64,000 bases of DNA, from contig CM022674.1 in assembly GCA_012295275.1 (NCBI GenBank), positions 15,934,001 through 15,998,000 of the forward strand, written 5' to 3'. Under the pieces are notes generated by a model. It did not search any database, was not told the DNA's origin, and saw only the letters and a program-made list of their open reading frames with translations. The number at the start of each line of letters is the position of its first letter. The stretch's first letter is position 1. Below are positions 17,261-32,845 of the stretch, in pieces. The stretch comes from Chrysomallon squamiferum (taxonomy: Eukaryota > Animalia > Mollusca). A program made the translations under genes and the position numbers.

Positions 17261-17499
17261 CACAGTCACTGTTTTCTATATTTTTGAGACTCGTGTGTAA
17301 AAATGGGTACATCAGGTAAGGGTGGAACTAATTTAGTTTGAAATAAAAGATGTAAAATATAGATTTCAGATATTTAGTGTTACAATAAAAGAAGAAAAAT
17401 GTAGATTTTAGAAACAGAATTATTTAGCAATTTTCTAAAAAAAAAAAAATTAAAAATTAAATAAATAACAGAAAAAGAAAACAAAATGGTGGCAAATGC

Positions 17500-19275
17500 T
17501 GTATTCCTAACCTTAACACTAATCCTTAACCTAGCTCAATTTCTAAATTAATACCCTGGAAATTCGCAGCATGAGTTTTTTCCCTTACGCTAACTCCAAT
17601 CGTGACCCCCAAATTATTTTGCACATTATGAGATCACTAATGATAATATTGTATCATCCAAGCTCTAACCCTAACACTAACCCTAACCCTAACCCCAACT
17701 CTAAACGTAGCTCAACTTCTAAACCTAATCCAACGCAGGTCCGGAACATGAATTCTTACCCTTTCGCTACTTCCACGTGACTCACACATTATGTTGCACA
17801 TGATCCTAACACTAGTCATACAATTTAAACAACCCTAGGTTTAGCCCTAACCCTAACCCTAACCCTTATCCAAACTCTAACCCTAACCTTAACCCTCTCT
17901 CAATTTCTAAAGTTAATCCTACGGAATTCCGCCACATTAATTCTTACCCTTACGCTAATTCGAATCGTGACCTCAAATTAGTTTGCACATTATTAGAAGA
18001 TTAATGATACAGTTTTAATAATCCTAGCTCTAACCCTAACCCTAAATCTATCCCTAACCTTAACCTTAACCCTAGCTCAATTTCTAAACCTAAACCTACG
18101 GAGGTCCGCAACATTAATTCGTACGATACTTCCAGTCGTATCCCACAAATTATCTTGCACATTGTCATAACACTAATGATACAGTTTAAATAAAACTACC
18201 TTCAACCCTAATCCTAACCCTAACCCTAGCTTAACTACCGAAACTACTGCTACGGAGGTTCGGAATATTAATTCTTACCCTTAAGCTAATTCCAGTCGTG
18301 AACCACACATTATTTTTGACATTATCATTACACAAGTGATAAAATTTGAATAACCCTAACCCTAACCCTACCCTTAACCGTATCTCAGTTTCAAAGTTCA
18401 ATCCTACGCATCTTTTATTGTTAGCCGTACGCTACTTCCAGTCGTGACCCAGAATTTATTTTTCACATTATCATAACGTTAATGATAAAACTTAAATAAC
18501 CGTAGCACTAACACTAACACTAACCCTAACCCTAGCCTTAACGCTAGCTCAATTTCTAAAGGAATAGTACGGAGGCTCGCAACATTATTTCTTACCCTTA
18601 CGCTACTTCCAAGCGTGACCCCAAATCATTTTGCATTAACACTAAGGATAAAATTTAAATGATCCTAGCTCTAACCCTAACCCTAACCCTGACCCTAACG
18701 TGACCCCAAATTATTTTGCATATTATCATAACACTAATGATAAAATTTAAATGATCCTAACCCTAACCGTAGCTTAACATCCAAACCTAATCCTATGGAG
18801 GTTGGGAACATTTATTCTTACGCTTACTCTAACTCAAATCGTTCCCCTCAGTTTATTTTGGACATTATCATAACACTAAAAATTTAAATGACTCCAGCTC
18901 TAACTCTAACCCTAACACTAATCCTAGGTGAAGTTGTAAACCTAATCCTACCCACGTCCTCAATATTAATTCTTACTCTCACTCTACTTTGAGTGGTAAC
19001 TCTGATATTACTTTGCACATTATCACAACACTCATAATAAAATTACAATAACCCTTTCTCTATCTCTAATCCTAACCCTAACCTTAAACCTAACCTTAAC
19101 CTTAACCCTAACTCTATCCTTAGCTCAACTTCTAAACCTAATCCTACCGAGGTCCCCAACTTTAAATTTTACCCTATCCCTACTTACAGTCGTGACACTC
19201 ACATTATTTTGCAGTTTATCATAACATTTATAATAAAATTAAAAAATCCTAACTCTAACTCTAACCTAACCCTAT
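17500..19275 (+). repeat. Same telomere-like satellite, in duplicate copy 2
   Basis: Near-identical to 3140-4917. Confidence 0.9.
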
Positions 19276-19956
19276 ATCACGGTGCAAACAATGACGTCCT
19301 TTATCAAATCCAGTTTTAACTTTTTGGACAGAACTGACAAATTATTTGTTTAAATTATGATATCATTTCATACGAGTAAACAATATATTATGTTCTCTCA
19401 ACCGCTCCGATCGACAAAGAATTCATAAAGAAATGTAGCCGGTCAAGCATGAATTGTGTATTTCTGTAATTCCTGGAATCGATGTGGACATAAAACAAGT
19501 ATGATGGACGGGGAAGTCGAAATTGACAACCAGCAAATAGGAAAAGTATGTGAGGTATTGAGGAGCTGAGCATACTAGTTTATGTTAGCTGATAGATATA
19601 GTCTGCTACACACAACCTGGTTTTGTTCAACCAAATGTAATTCAGAATGGGCGGTAACCAGAATCTATCTTTGTTTATTTGCTTATAAAATATTGCCCAG
19701 CATTTTCTACTTTAGCAAACACCCTGAAAGTTTTTATTTCAACTGAAACTTTGCCAGTTCTAGAACAATCGATCCGCCTTTGATACGGACCGTAACAGTT
19801 AATTAAATACACTGATTAGGAAATCAGTTATATTTTTAATCTTTATTACCAATATTTTATTTCTGCTCTCTAAAGAAGTAGGCCAGATATGTATATCGGA
19901 AAAAAAGAAGTTTTAAATGTAACAAAGGAACCTTTATCACGAGAGACAAGAAGAAG

Positions 19957-23044
<3,088 letters not shown>

Positions 23045-26000
23045 GTGATTTGATTTGACTTTTGTTTAGTGACATTAGAACAAAATGAACAAGATATGCA
23101 TACTAGCCACCTCTAAACTTACTATACTATTACTATAATTACAACCACTAAAACATTAACTAGATGTACATACTAGCTTTCTCTAAACCTACTATACTAT
23201 TACTACAATTACTATTACTAAAAAAATTAACAAGATATACATGCCAGCTATCTCTAAACCTGTTATACTATTAAACAATTACTACTACTAAAAAATTAAC
23301 AAGATGTACATACTAGCTTCTTCTAAACCTACTAGATCCCACACGATATACACTTACAAATATATATTAATACAATAAAAGAACAGTACGAACAACAAAA
23401 GCAACAACATGACTCAATACAAATAAACAGAACAACCATATAAACACACACACTGTATAATTTAATGATGATAGTTTTAGCTGAGCCAAGAAATTTGCCT
23501 TATTTTGAGTAGAAAACAGAACCATGGATACATCCTGAAAGATGAATGAAAGGTATGTAAATATAAAAGATTATTTACATTTCACAAATATTCTCTACAT
23601 TTATAGCAAACGTAGCTATACTAGCAACAGCCAGTGAAATAATTATAAGTAAGTAAACATTTTCTTTCTTCTTGTAGATTTCTTTCGTTCTATGGATGGG
23701 TCACCTCCATGGGTGTCCATGGGCAAAACCGTCTTCCCGTGTGTAGTGGTCCAACAAGCACGGCATGACAGTTGACATGATGCGAAAAGCAGCTCAAACA
23801 AAAAACTGATAAAAAACACCCGATGAATATAAAGCTGATAATAATTATTAAAACATTATTTACGAAACATCATAAACGTGGTGATCAGTAAATATGATCA
23901 TTGAAATTTAGATCAATTTATTACAATAATCGGACATCTCGGTTCTTGGTTTTGTTTCGGTTTCAATAGCAAAACATATCTTTGCGGTAGACATACCTAA
24001 AATAATATGAATTACTTCTATAATAAAAAAATTATTATTGATGACAATAGTTAAAAAATAAATTTAAATAAGATTTAAATCATTGCTGATTTCGTGCTTA
24101 CAAATTAGAATTTATACTAACCATATACTCGGTGTTTTATAATGTTTATTTTTATATCGATCGGAGTTGAAAATAAAAATTAATATTCGGCTAACTTCGT
24201 TTTGACGTTCGGATGTATGACGTCATCAATGCTTTGTTTACATAGATACAGTTGGCGATATTGAAGATTAGCGCATTCGAGTTAGTTCTGACTCTACTTT
24301 CCTTCCTTTTTACTTTGTATATTGAATTGCATCTGCAAGTGATGAAGGTTACATTTGTGTAGGTTTAAGTTTTATATTATTAACATATTTAAGTCCAAAC
24401 TGGACATATTTTATTCACACTGAGGTTATGCTGGAATAGTTTTAGATGAAATAATCAACGATAACTGAAAACTGCGAGTATGCATTACTTTCTAACCTCT
24501 AATGCTCTGATTCCTGTTTCTTATATTGTTAATATACCCTTGTCAAAATATGTTTATTTTTACACCATTGGAGGTTGACCCATTCGACGACAGAGACATT
24601 CAACCAATGGAGGTTGACCCATTCGGGGAACCCATGGATACAACCTGAGTATAAGGTATCATAATACAATATGTTGAAACATTATTATTTTTCGCAAATA
24701 TTCTCCACTTTCATATTAGACACAGCTATACTGCAAATGAAGTAAAGATAACATTATATAATAAATAAACATTTTTCTTTTCTTCTTGTACAGGTGGATT
24801 TCTTTGGTTCTCCCGATCGTTCACGTCCAATGCAAGGACACCGACGTCCATGGGCTCCACCCTCTTCCCGTGTGTAGCGGACCACGTGAAAAGCACGACC
24901 TGGAGCTGACTTGAAGCGAAAAGCAACTCAAAGCATGAACTGGCAAAAACAACTGATGAATACAAAAGTTGACAAAACGTTTCAAACACGAAACATCATA
25001 AACATGTAAATCATGCCAGTCATTTATATCTTGATCAGTGGTGGTGATTAAAGAAGTTTTTTCCTCACAATGTTGCATTTATGAACATATATTACATAAC
25101 AGTAACAAAAATTCAGAAATGTTTTAGAATACATAGATATATATTCAACCCATGTAAATTAAAAGGTGGTGTTGTTTTCTCTTTTATGCAATAAGGTTTA
25201 GCTCAGATTTTGTTTTTAAAATCTATATTATTACATAATTAAGTATAGTTTATAAATTTTAACTTGTACTTTTTATTTATTATTTAGTGTTCAAACTCAT
25301 TTCAGAAATGATATGAGATTTTATTCATACTGAGAAGACAGAAATCTCGTGTGGTTAGCCGCTTCGTATATCTTAGTAATCTATATATAGGGTATTGCTA
25401 CTTTTTCTAATTTCGAATACAGTGATATTGCTTTGAAAGCCCTTTCTATATACAGATAGACAGACAGACCAACAGAGTAGAGACAGAAGTGAATGTCCTT
25501 AAGAATCATTTATGGCATATAAATATTTCACTCTGGCTTTCTTACTCTCTCTGTCAATCTCCAGATTACTCTAATTAGATGGATTATTTTATTTTACCAG
25601 ATGTTTAAGTGTAATTAAGTATTATGGGTTGTGTGTTTAAGGCGCTGTTTACAGAAACTATTATAGACACATCTTATCTTATCATATTTACCTTCTAATC
25701 AGCAGATGAAGACTATGCTTTCAGTGTAAATAAACACAGACAATGCCAGAAATCACTAGTCTCTCATTAACAATTTATTGGTACTTCTAGTCATGCCTCC
25801 CTCCTAACACCACATATTCCTCATCACACAGTTTATATATTAAGCCAAATTCCATTGATATATCACTCAATCCATGGACCTGCAATGAGGACCTTCTTTG
25901 TTAACAATGTGATAATGTCTGAAAAATAATTGCTTATATAATTGAAAACCTTTCAGTCCATCATTCCCTCTTTTTATCCTTTTATTATTTTCCCAATTCT

Positions 26001-27217
26001 TCTTTGCACAAAAACTTTCATCCATCCGTCCATCTAACATTCCATCCATCCTTACTTACCTACGTGTTTCTATCTATCTATCGGTCTATCTATATATTTG
26101 TTTTATTTCATCATCAATTTCTCTGGCTATTTGTCTGTCTATCTGTCTCTGTACTGGTCAACCTGTGGTTTAGCTTAATCTGCACCTGCTCACCTCTTTC
26201 TAACATAGAAACAGACTTTAATGAAGAAATCATATGATTTTTTTACTCATATACATGTGATCATTACCTGTCTAGCTAACCATTTATTCATCACTATCCT
26301 CTGTCTGTCTGTCTGTCTATATCTATATTTATTTATATAATTATCTCTCATTCTCTGAAAAATCATTCACACATGGCATACTTCTCTGTTTCATAGTGAG
26401 GTCAATACCTGTTCTCTCTCTGTAACAACAAACACATATAATCACACCTACATGTCAGTCTCTCTCAGTCTAGCTATCTATCTGCAATCTAACACCCATA
26501 TAAACACACTCTTATTCATACATTCAGTTACATACCAATCCTCTAACATAAATACAAATACTCATGATTATGAAGCTATGGATCTATGTATCTATATATA
26601 TAATGTTTACTGTGTATGTGTTTGTGTATGTCCATCCATCCATCTATATCTACCCTCTCTAATACACACACATATATATATACATTAATCTATTCACTAA
26701 TGTATTTTTTAATTTATATTTGATCTCTATCAATCATCTGACTCTCTCAAAAATCCACAAAAAGCACACTATCTTTGACACACATTTTTATACACAGCTG
26801 TATATATATATATATATGTACCTAATTATTGTCTACCTAACATATCAAACTATCTCTGAAGCGATGTCTAACTATCTCTATATCAATCTATCTCACCTTC
26901 TCAGTTATACATAGCCACAGTCTATCTTGCACTCACACAAACACACACACACACACACATACGTATACACCCTCTCTATTTACATCCTTTTTAAGTATTT
27001 AAATACACTCTTTCTATCTAGTTATCTATCTATAATTATATTTATTTATGTATCTATTTATGCCATATACATAAGCAACAGAGTCAGTCGTTCTTACAGA
27101 TGTGCAGGTATATATATATATATGCCTCCTAGCATCTATCTATCTTTCTAGTAATCTATCTACCTTTCTTCTAACTATCAATTTACCTGTCTGTTATCAT
27201 CTACCATCTATCCACCC

Positions 27218-27253
<36 letters not shown>

Positions 27254-28324
27254 AGTTACTTATCCTTTTATATGCATATACATACTAATCATCTTCTACA
27301 CATACAAATACATTTTCATTCCTATGCACGTGTGGGTGTATGTATAAATGTATGTATGTATGTGTGTATATCATCCAACCAGCGACACTGAAAACTATTT
27401 AGTTCATTTTAATTTATTTTATTTCAAGAATTTTATTTTATTTGTTTTTCTTTCTTTGCTGACGATGTCGTAATAAAAAGTGAAAAAAAAAGAAAAAAAA
27501 GTACGAAATGGGTACGAGATGATATATTTCGTAAACGTCAGAAAAAAATAAAAATAAAAAAGAAATGTTACCACATTTTCAGCAATTGCTTCACAGTATT
27601 AGCAATCTATGTATAAGCGGCTTCTCCAAATTACTTTTAATGATCTATGTAGAATTATTGCACTATAAAGGTCTACATGTTTAAAAGTGTGTAAATATTG
27701 ATCGACGTTCGATGCTGCTATCTTGGATTTCGATCGGAAGTTTCGGTGAGGTCACGGAAGTTATTAAACTTCCAAATACAATTATTTTACGTCTGTTTTC
27801 TGAACTTTTTATGATTTACACTGATAAAGATGGCTGTTCAAAACCGTGATCTCATGCGCCTTTCCGAACTACTTTTTCAACTAAAATAAAATAAATAAAT
27901 AAATAAAATTAAATGAAAAACATTAAATGAAATAGCAATTTTACAATAATTCATCAAATAATAATATCACGATAAATAAACCAAAAATACAGGAAACTGG
28001 TTAGTTAAAAGAAAAAGAAAATGCAGGGAATGTTAATAAGCTGCTTCTGTCTGCTACAAAACACTATACAGAATTGTTTATTTTCATCTAAAAGCAGCAA
28101 ATCTAATTTACCGTCACCTCGCCTATGCGAGGAGTAATCTATTTTAGAAGTTCGTGGTCTAAGAGAAACAACTCTATTTAACACACACGTTGGCAAATAT
28201 ACAAATAAGACTGAGTGTTGAGTAAAATTTAAAAAATAAAATAAAATAAAATAATAATTCAAGTCGCCTAAATATTGATAATTCACTGAATTTACTAAAT
28301 TCATTAAAATTATTTTATTTAAAA

Positions 28325-29010
28325 CTAGTAGTAAATTCTGGTAATTCTGGCCTCAGGGCAATTCTAGCCTCCGAGGTATATTATGACTTGCAGCCGCTAT
28401 ACTGCATTTTGAGGTTTCAAAAGTGAGTTTTATTTTTTAGTCCTAAAGACATAAGGTTAGTTATAAATTATAATCGGTCTTTAAGTTCAGCAGAAGAAAC
28501 TTGATTAATATGTGATAATTAAGCAAGAAATATGCTTTTTATTTTACAACACTTGGGGCAATAAAATCAAAAGGATGAGGTATGCCGAGGCATTGACAGA
28601 AGAAGAAAGTGTCAAGAGGTATGAAGAAGATTTGGCAGAGAACAAGAAGAAGAATGAGGAAGAAAAGGCAAAGAAAGCAAATATTTTAGAGGCAAAATTA
28701 CAAAAAAAAATAGAAGATACCAAAGTCAAAACGGCAGTTCAATTTGAAAGCTACAGCACAACCGGTGGCTGCAGCCAAAGAAAACATTGATGGTGATGAG
28801 CCTGAACTAGAAGACAGAGATGTAGTAGATACAAAAGAAAAATGTGAACTCTGTGGCAGAGTTGATGATGGAATGAATTCTGACGAGTTCATAGGATGTG
28901 ACGGGTGGCTAAATTGGTATTGTCTTGATTCTTGCGCAAATCTCGAAATCCCACCTGGTGCAGACTTAAAAGGAATTGTAGTCTTGTATGATATTTGTCA
29001 AGGAGTTTAG
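28325..29010 (+). mobile_element. Pogo/Tigger-like remnant with PHD finger, copy 2
   Basis: ORFs 28512-28790 and 28744-29010 (KCELCGRVDDGMNSDEFIGCDGWLNWYCLDSC...YDICQ). It retains 12 nt (WLNW) that are deleted in copy 1. Confidence 0.6.
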
Positions 29011-31303
29011 TTTACTGAAGATTTGAATTTGACTTGTATTATTATTAGGACTAATTATTAGTATTAGTAAACAACTTTTCTTTTATTGGCTGTCTGTATG
29101 TCTGTCTATGGATTTATCTCTATATATATCTGTCTTTCTCACTCTCAATCTGTCTGTTTGTCTATATGTCTATCCACCTACCTATCTACCTCTCAGATTT
29201 CAGTGATAAGTGCAGGTGTCGCTGTAATTAAAACTTCAGTAAAAGAAATGATAAACACTGCAGAAAACATTGATAATAAAGCAGCAACGATATTTTATCT
29301 CACTGGGAGAGATTCTGTGTATGCCTAAAATACTGAAGGATCTTAGATATTAATATTAATATTAATACATTTATTTATTTATTTATTTATTTATTTGTCC
29401 CTATTCAGAATTAATCTGTAATAGCGCAGTATATAAATTTACAGAACTCGCCTTTTCAGTATACTTTTATTAATAGAAACGTCTATTAATGTTTCTCTAC
29501 ATTCTAGACTTTTCTAGTATTTAAGAAAGATGCACTTGCAAATATCAATAACATGGTGAAGTTAATTCATCTTAATCTAGCCTCTCACCTCTCAACTACA
29601 ATTCTACTATCTTAATAATAAAAAAAATGAGAATAATACGCATTATTAAACGTTGATACATTATTCAACTTGTTAGATACGTTATACTGTTAAACAAAAA
29701 TTAAGCTTATTATTTATTTATTTATTTATTTATTATGCGAAATAAAATTATCTAATATTGTTAATTAAAAAACAATACCTCTATTGTTCAATAGACTGTG
29801 TTTTCAGTACATAATAATACCGCTACGCCTCTGTTTACAACATAAAACATGTAACATCAATAGTGATGACGGTACTGAAGATGCATTTTATTTTCATAAC
29901 GCCGTGTTAAATTACTCCTACTTAGCTGTTCTGTGAAACAATTTCTGTTAATAAAATGTCACATTAGTATGGAAGTGTTCTCGATATTCACATATAATTC
30001 TACTGTTGTTTATAAAAACACGCTAACCTGGAAGACCAATCTACATTTCTGAATGTACACTTTGTTTTCGCAGTAAAATCACACCTGTAATGTTTACTAT
30101 AATACTACAGTACACACATAAAACAACAACAACAACGACAACGACAACAACAATAGTAATATAAATAAAATAAAATTATAATCTTTATTCTATTTCTTTA
30201 TTTCTCAATATCCATAGGACTTCAAACGTTAAGATATTTTTTGACGTAGCTTCAGCTTCACACAGACATTTTTTTATAATTTAGTGCGTGAGAGGTGTAT
30301 ACTGAACATATTAAATGGGATTCTGATTTTTTTTTTTTTTTTTAAGTCGACAATGTAGGATTATACTTGGAAAGGTGAGAAGATGATAGATTAATAATAT
30401 GACATTTTACAACTTGATATATTATTTACATTTACTAACGCAGAATGCGCAAGATAAATATTTTGTTTTATAGACGATCAATGGATAATCAGAATTATTG
30501 CGCGCGCTTCTGGATTAACGACATTTTTATCAACTGTATTAGAGATTATACATGAAACAAAATCACATGATTATTACAGATAAAACTAAATATCTAAAAC
30601 CGTCAATCAAAAACAGAACCTAATGTGCTGCAACGAAATAGAGAGTTATGTACCCTATTTTCAACAGTAGCTGTAGAGTTGATACATAGTGAGTTAGATT
30701 TCCAGATTCGAATTATTAACAAAAGGCTTAATTATTTTATTCTTTTTCGTTTTATTTTTGTTTCTCTCTTCCTGATAGTAGTAGTAATAGAAGAAAATAT
30801 ATTTTTTTTACTTCCAGACAAAGCGTTATATGTATTTGAGGAAATATACTTTTTCTAAGCAGAAGAACGATGAAGGTGATTTTCAATAATTACACCACAG
30901 ACTGTGTTTTTGATTACATTTTTCTGGTGATTAATATTTAACCAGAATATTTTAAGAAATGTGGTACTTGTTCGTCCTATACAACGGCGAGTGTTTTGTG
31001 AAGAAACGTTTGGGTGAAACTTGTGAAGACAAGTCGGGCTGTGCAGACGTGTAGCTGGCTGTCTGGATAACATGTGTTTCATTAAAAGTTCTGCTGTCCA
31101 GTTTTGTTCTTCCAAAATTCAATCGTATTTGAGTATTTACTTAAACATGAAACTCTGAAGTACAGTGTAGTTTACTATGGACAAACTGCTGTACGGAATT
31201 TACGTTCTATAAATTAACAAGATTTCAGTTTTATAAACTGAGATTAAATCAAAAATAGCTTGAAATATTATGAATACCACTGTTTACACTGATTATCTTT
31301 AAT

Positions 31304-31339
<36 letters not shown>

Positions 31340-31425
31340 ATATAATTTTAATTTTAATACCGACTGCACAGTTTATATAATGGATGTTGGATATTAATAT
31401 ATGTATCATTATATTTGTATTTCAG

Positions 31426-32270
31426 ATGGCGCTAGTTTAATCTGATATTTTAAAAGCTTCAGGTAAGATTGTATTTTTTATGATGCAAAATAGAGGTAAA
31501 ACATAACAAAACATCACGTTATTTTCACTAAGTATGAATAAACGTCGCAGGTTTTATATATAAAATGTGAATTACGTCGCTTTTTACAAAACAGAAAACT
31601 TCGCTTGTCTCTGTGAATTTTAATTTTAATGTCGTTTGCTTTGCAAACTTAAATTTTGTGATTCAAGTAAAGTGTAACTTCTCACGTGTTCAGTATTAAT
31701 TTTTTATTTTCAGTTTTTTTTTGTTCAGAAGAAATTGTAACTCAGCTTAACAGAAAAATATTTCACAGCAGAGGGCTTTCCCTGTATATCTAGTCATTAA
31801 GTTATTTATTTCTGAATTTAGAAGTCCAGCCCTGAATTCCACTATAAAATAAAAGGTCAGATCCATATAAATGTGATATTTGATTAACAGCAGAACAGTT
31901 TACATTAATTCAAGTTAATACATAAAACCAGCGACGTTTCTATTATAAACTGATACTGAGTGAAAATAACGTGATGTTTTATTATATTTTCCTCTATTTT
32001 GCTTCATAAAAAATATTGATAATTTCACGTACATTTTATTCTACTTAATATTAAACTTTGTAAGTTACATCATAGAAAACATGTCTGTCCTCCTGAACTA
32101 GTGTTTTATGAGATATGAGGAGATTTTGAGTTAGCCAGACGAAATATATTTCATCCTACTAAAACATAACAATAATGTCTTTACTGTCAAGTAAATATTA
32201 ATGTTTCTTTTCCAGTTATCAGTAAAATTTTGCTTGAAGCTTTTAAAATATCAGATTAAACTGGCGCCTT
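31426..32270. repeat. Fold-back inverted duplication (arm 31426-31560 vs 31921-32018 + 32228-32270)
   Basis: ggcgctagtttaatctgatattttaaaagcttca pairs with tgaagcttttaaaatatcagattaaactggcgcc; aaaacatcacgttattttcact pairs with agtgaaaataacgtgatgtttt. Confidence 0.85.
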
Positions 32271-32349
32271 CTCATCTACATCTCACTGACTCCAGCTTAG
32301 AAAAAGTATATTTGTAAAATATACCCAGCGCATTTCCTGCAATTTAAAA

Positions 32350-32845
32350 GTGATACTTTCTTCTGTACATATCTGGATGGAGATAAGTCTTGAGAAAGTA
32401 AGGACAGAAAAAATTCAGAACGTATCCTGGTTAGAACGTCATGTCTATGACATACACGGTAGAGAATTAGCGGAACACGTTTTAAATTTAACAAATGAAC
32501 AGTTAATGTTAGCTCGTGGACTAGAACGTGCTCCGAACAGAAGAAAAAAGTATTCAAGTATATCAAAACTTAGGAAAGAAAAGAGAAAAAATGCCAGAGT
32601 TAAAGAAAAAACAACTTTCGATGCTCTCTGTCGTGGTGAAGACGTTATTAAAGTACGACAGCGACATCGTCTGAAATGTCGCTACCATTGCAATATCAAA
32701 AACCGCTTCTAATTCTTAAGCCTGCTAAAGAAGAATTTCTGCATTTCTCACCGAAAATTGTTCTCTATCATGATTTTATCAGTGATGCTGCAATTTAAGA
32801 CACTAAAACAGTTTCTATGCCACTTTTAAAAATATCTGAAATCAG
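32350..32845 (+). pseudogene. P4HA: Prolyl 4-hydroxylase alpha subunit fragment, intronless, frameshifted
   Basis: FDALCRGEDVIKVRQRHRLKCRYHCN continues after a frameshift (~32700) as KPLLILKPAKEEFLHFSPKIVLYHDFISDAAI*DTKTVSMPLL. This matches the P4HA signature YE.LCRGE...LKCRY...P.L.L.P.KEE....P.IV.YHD.ISD. The catalytic domain is absent. Confidence 0.85.
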
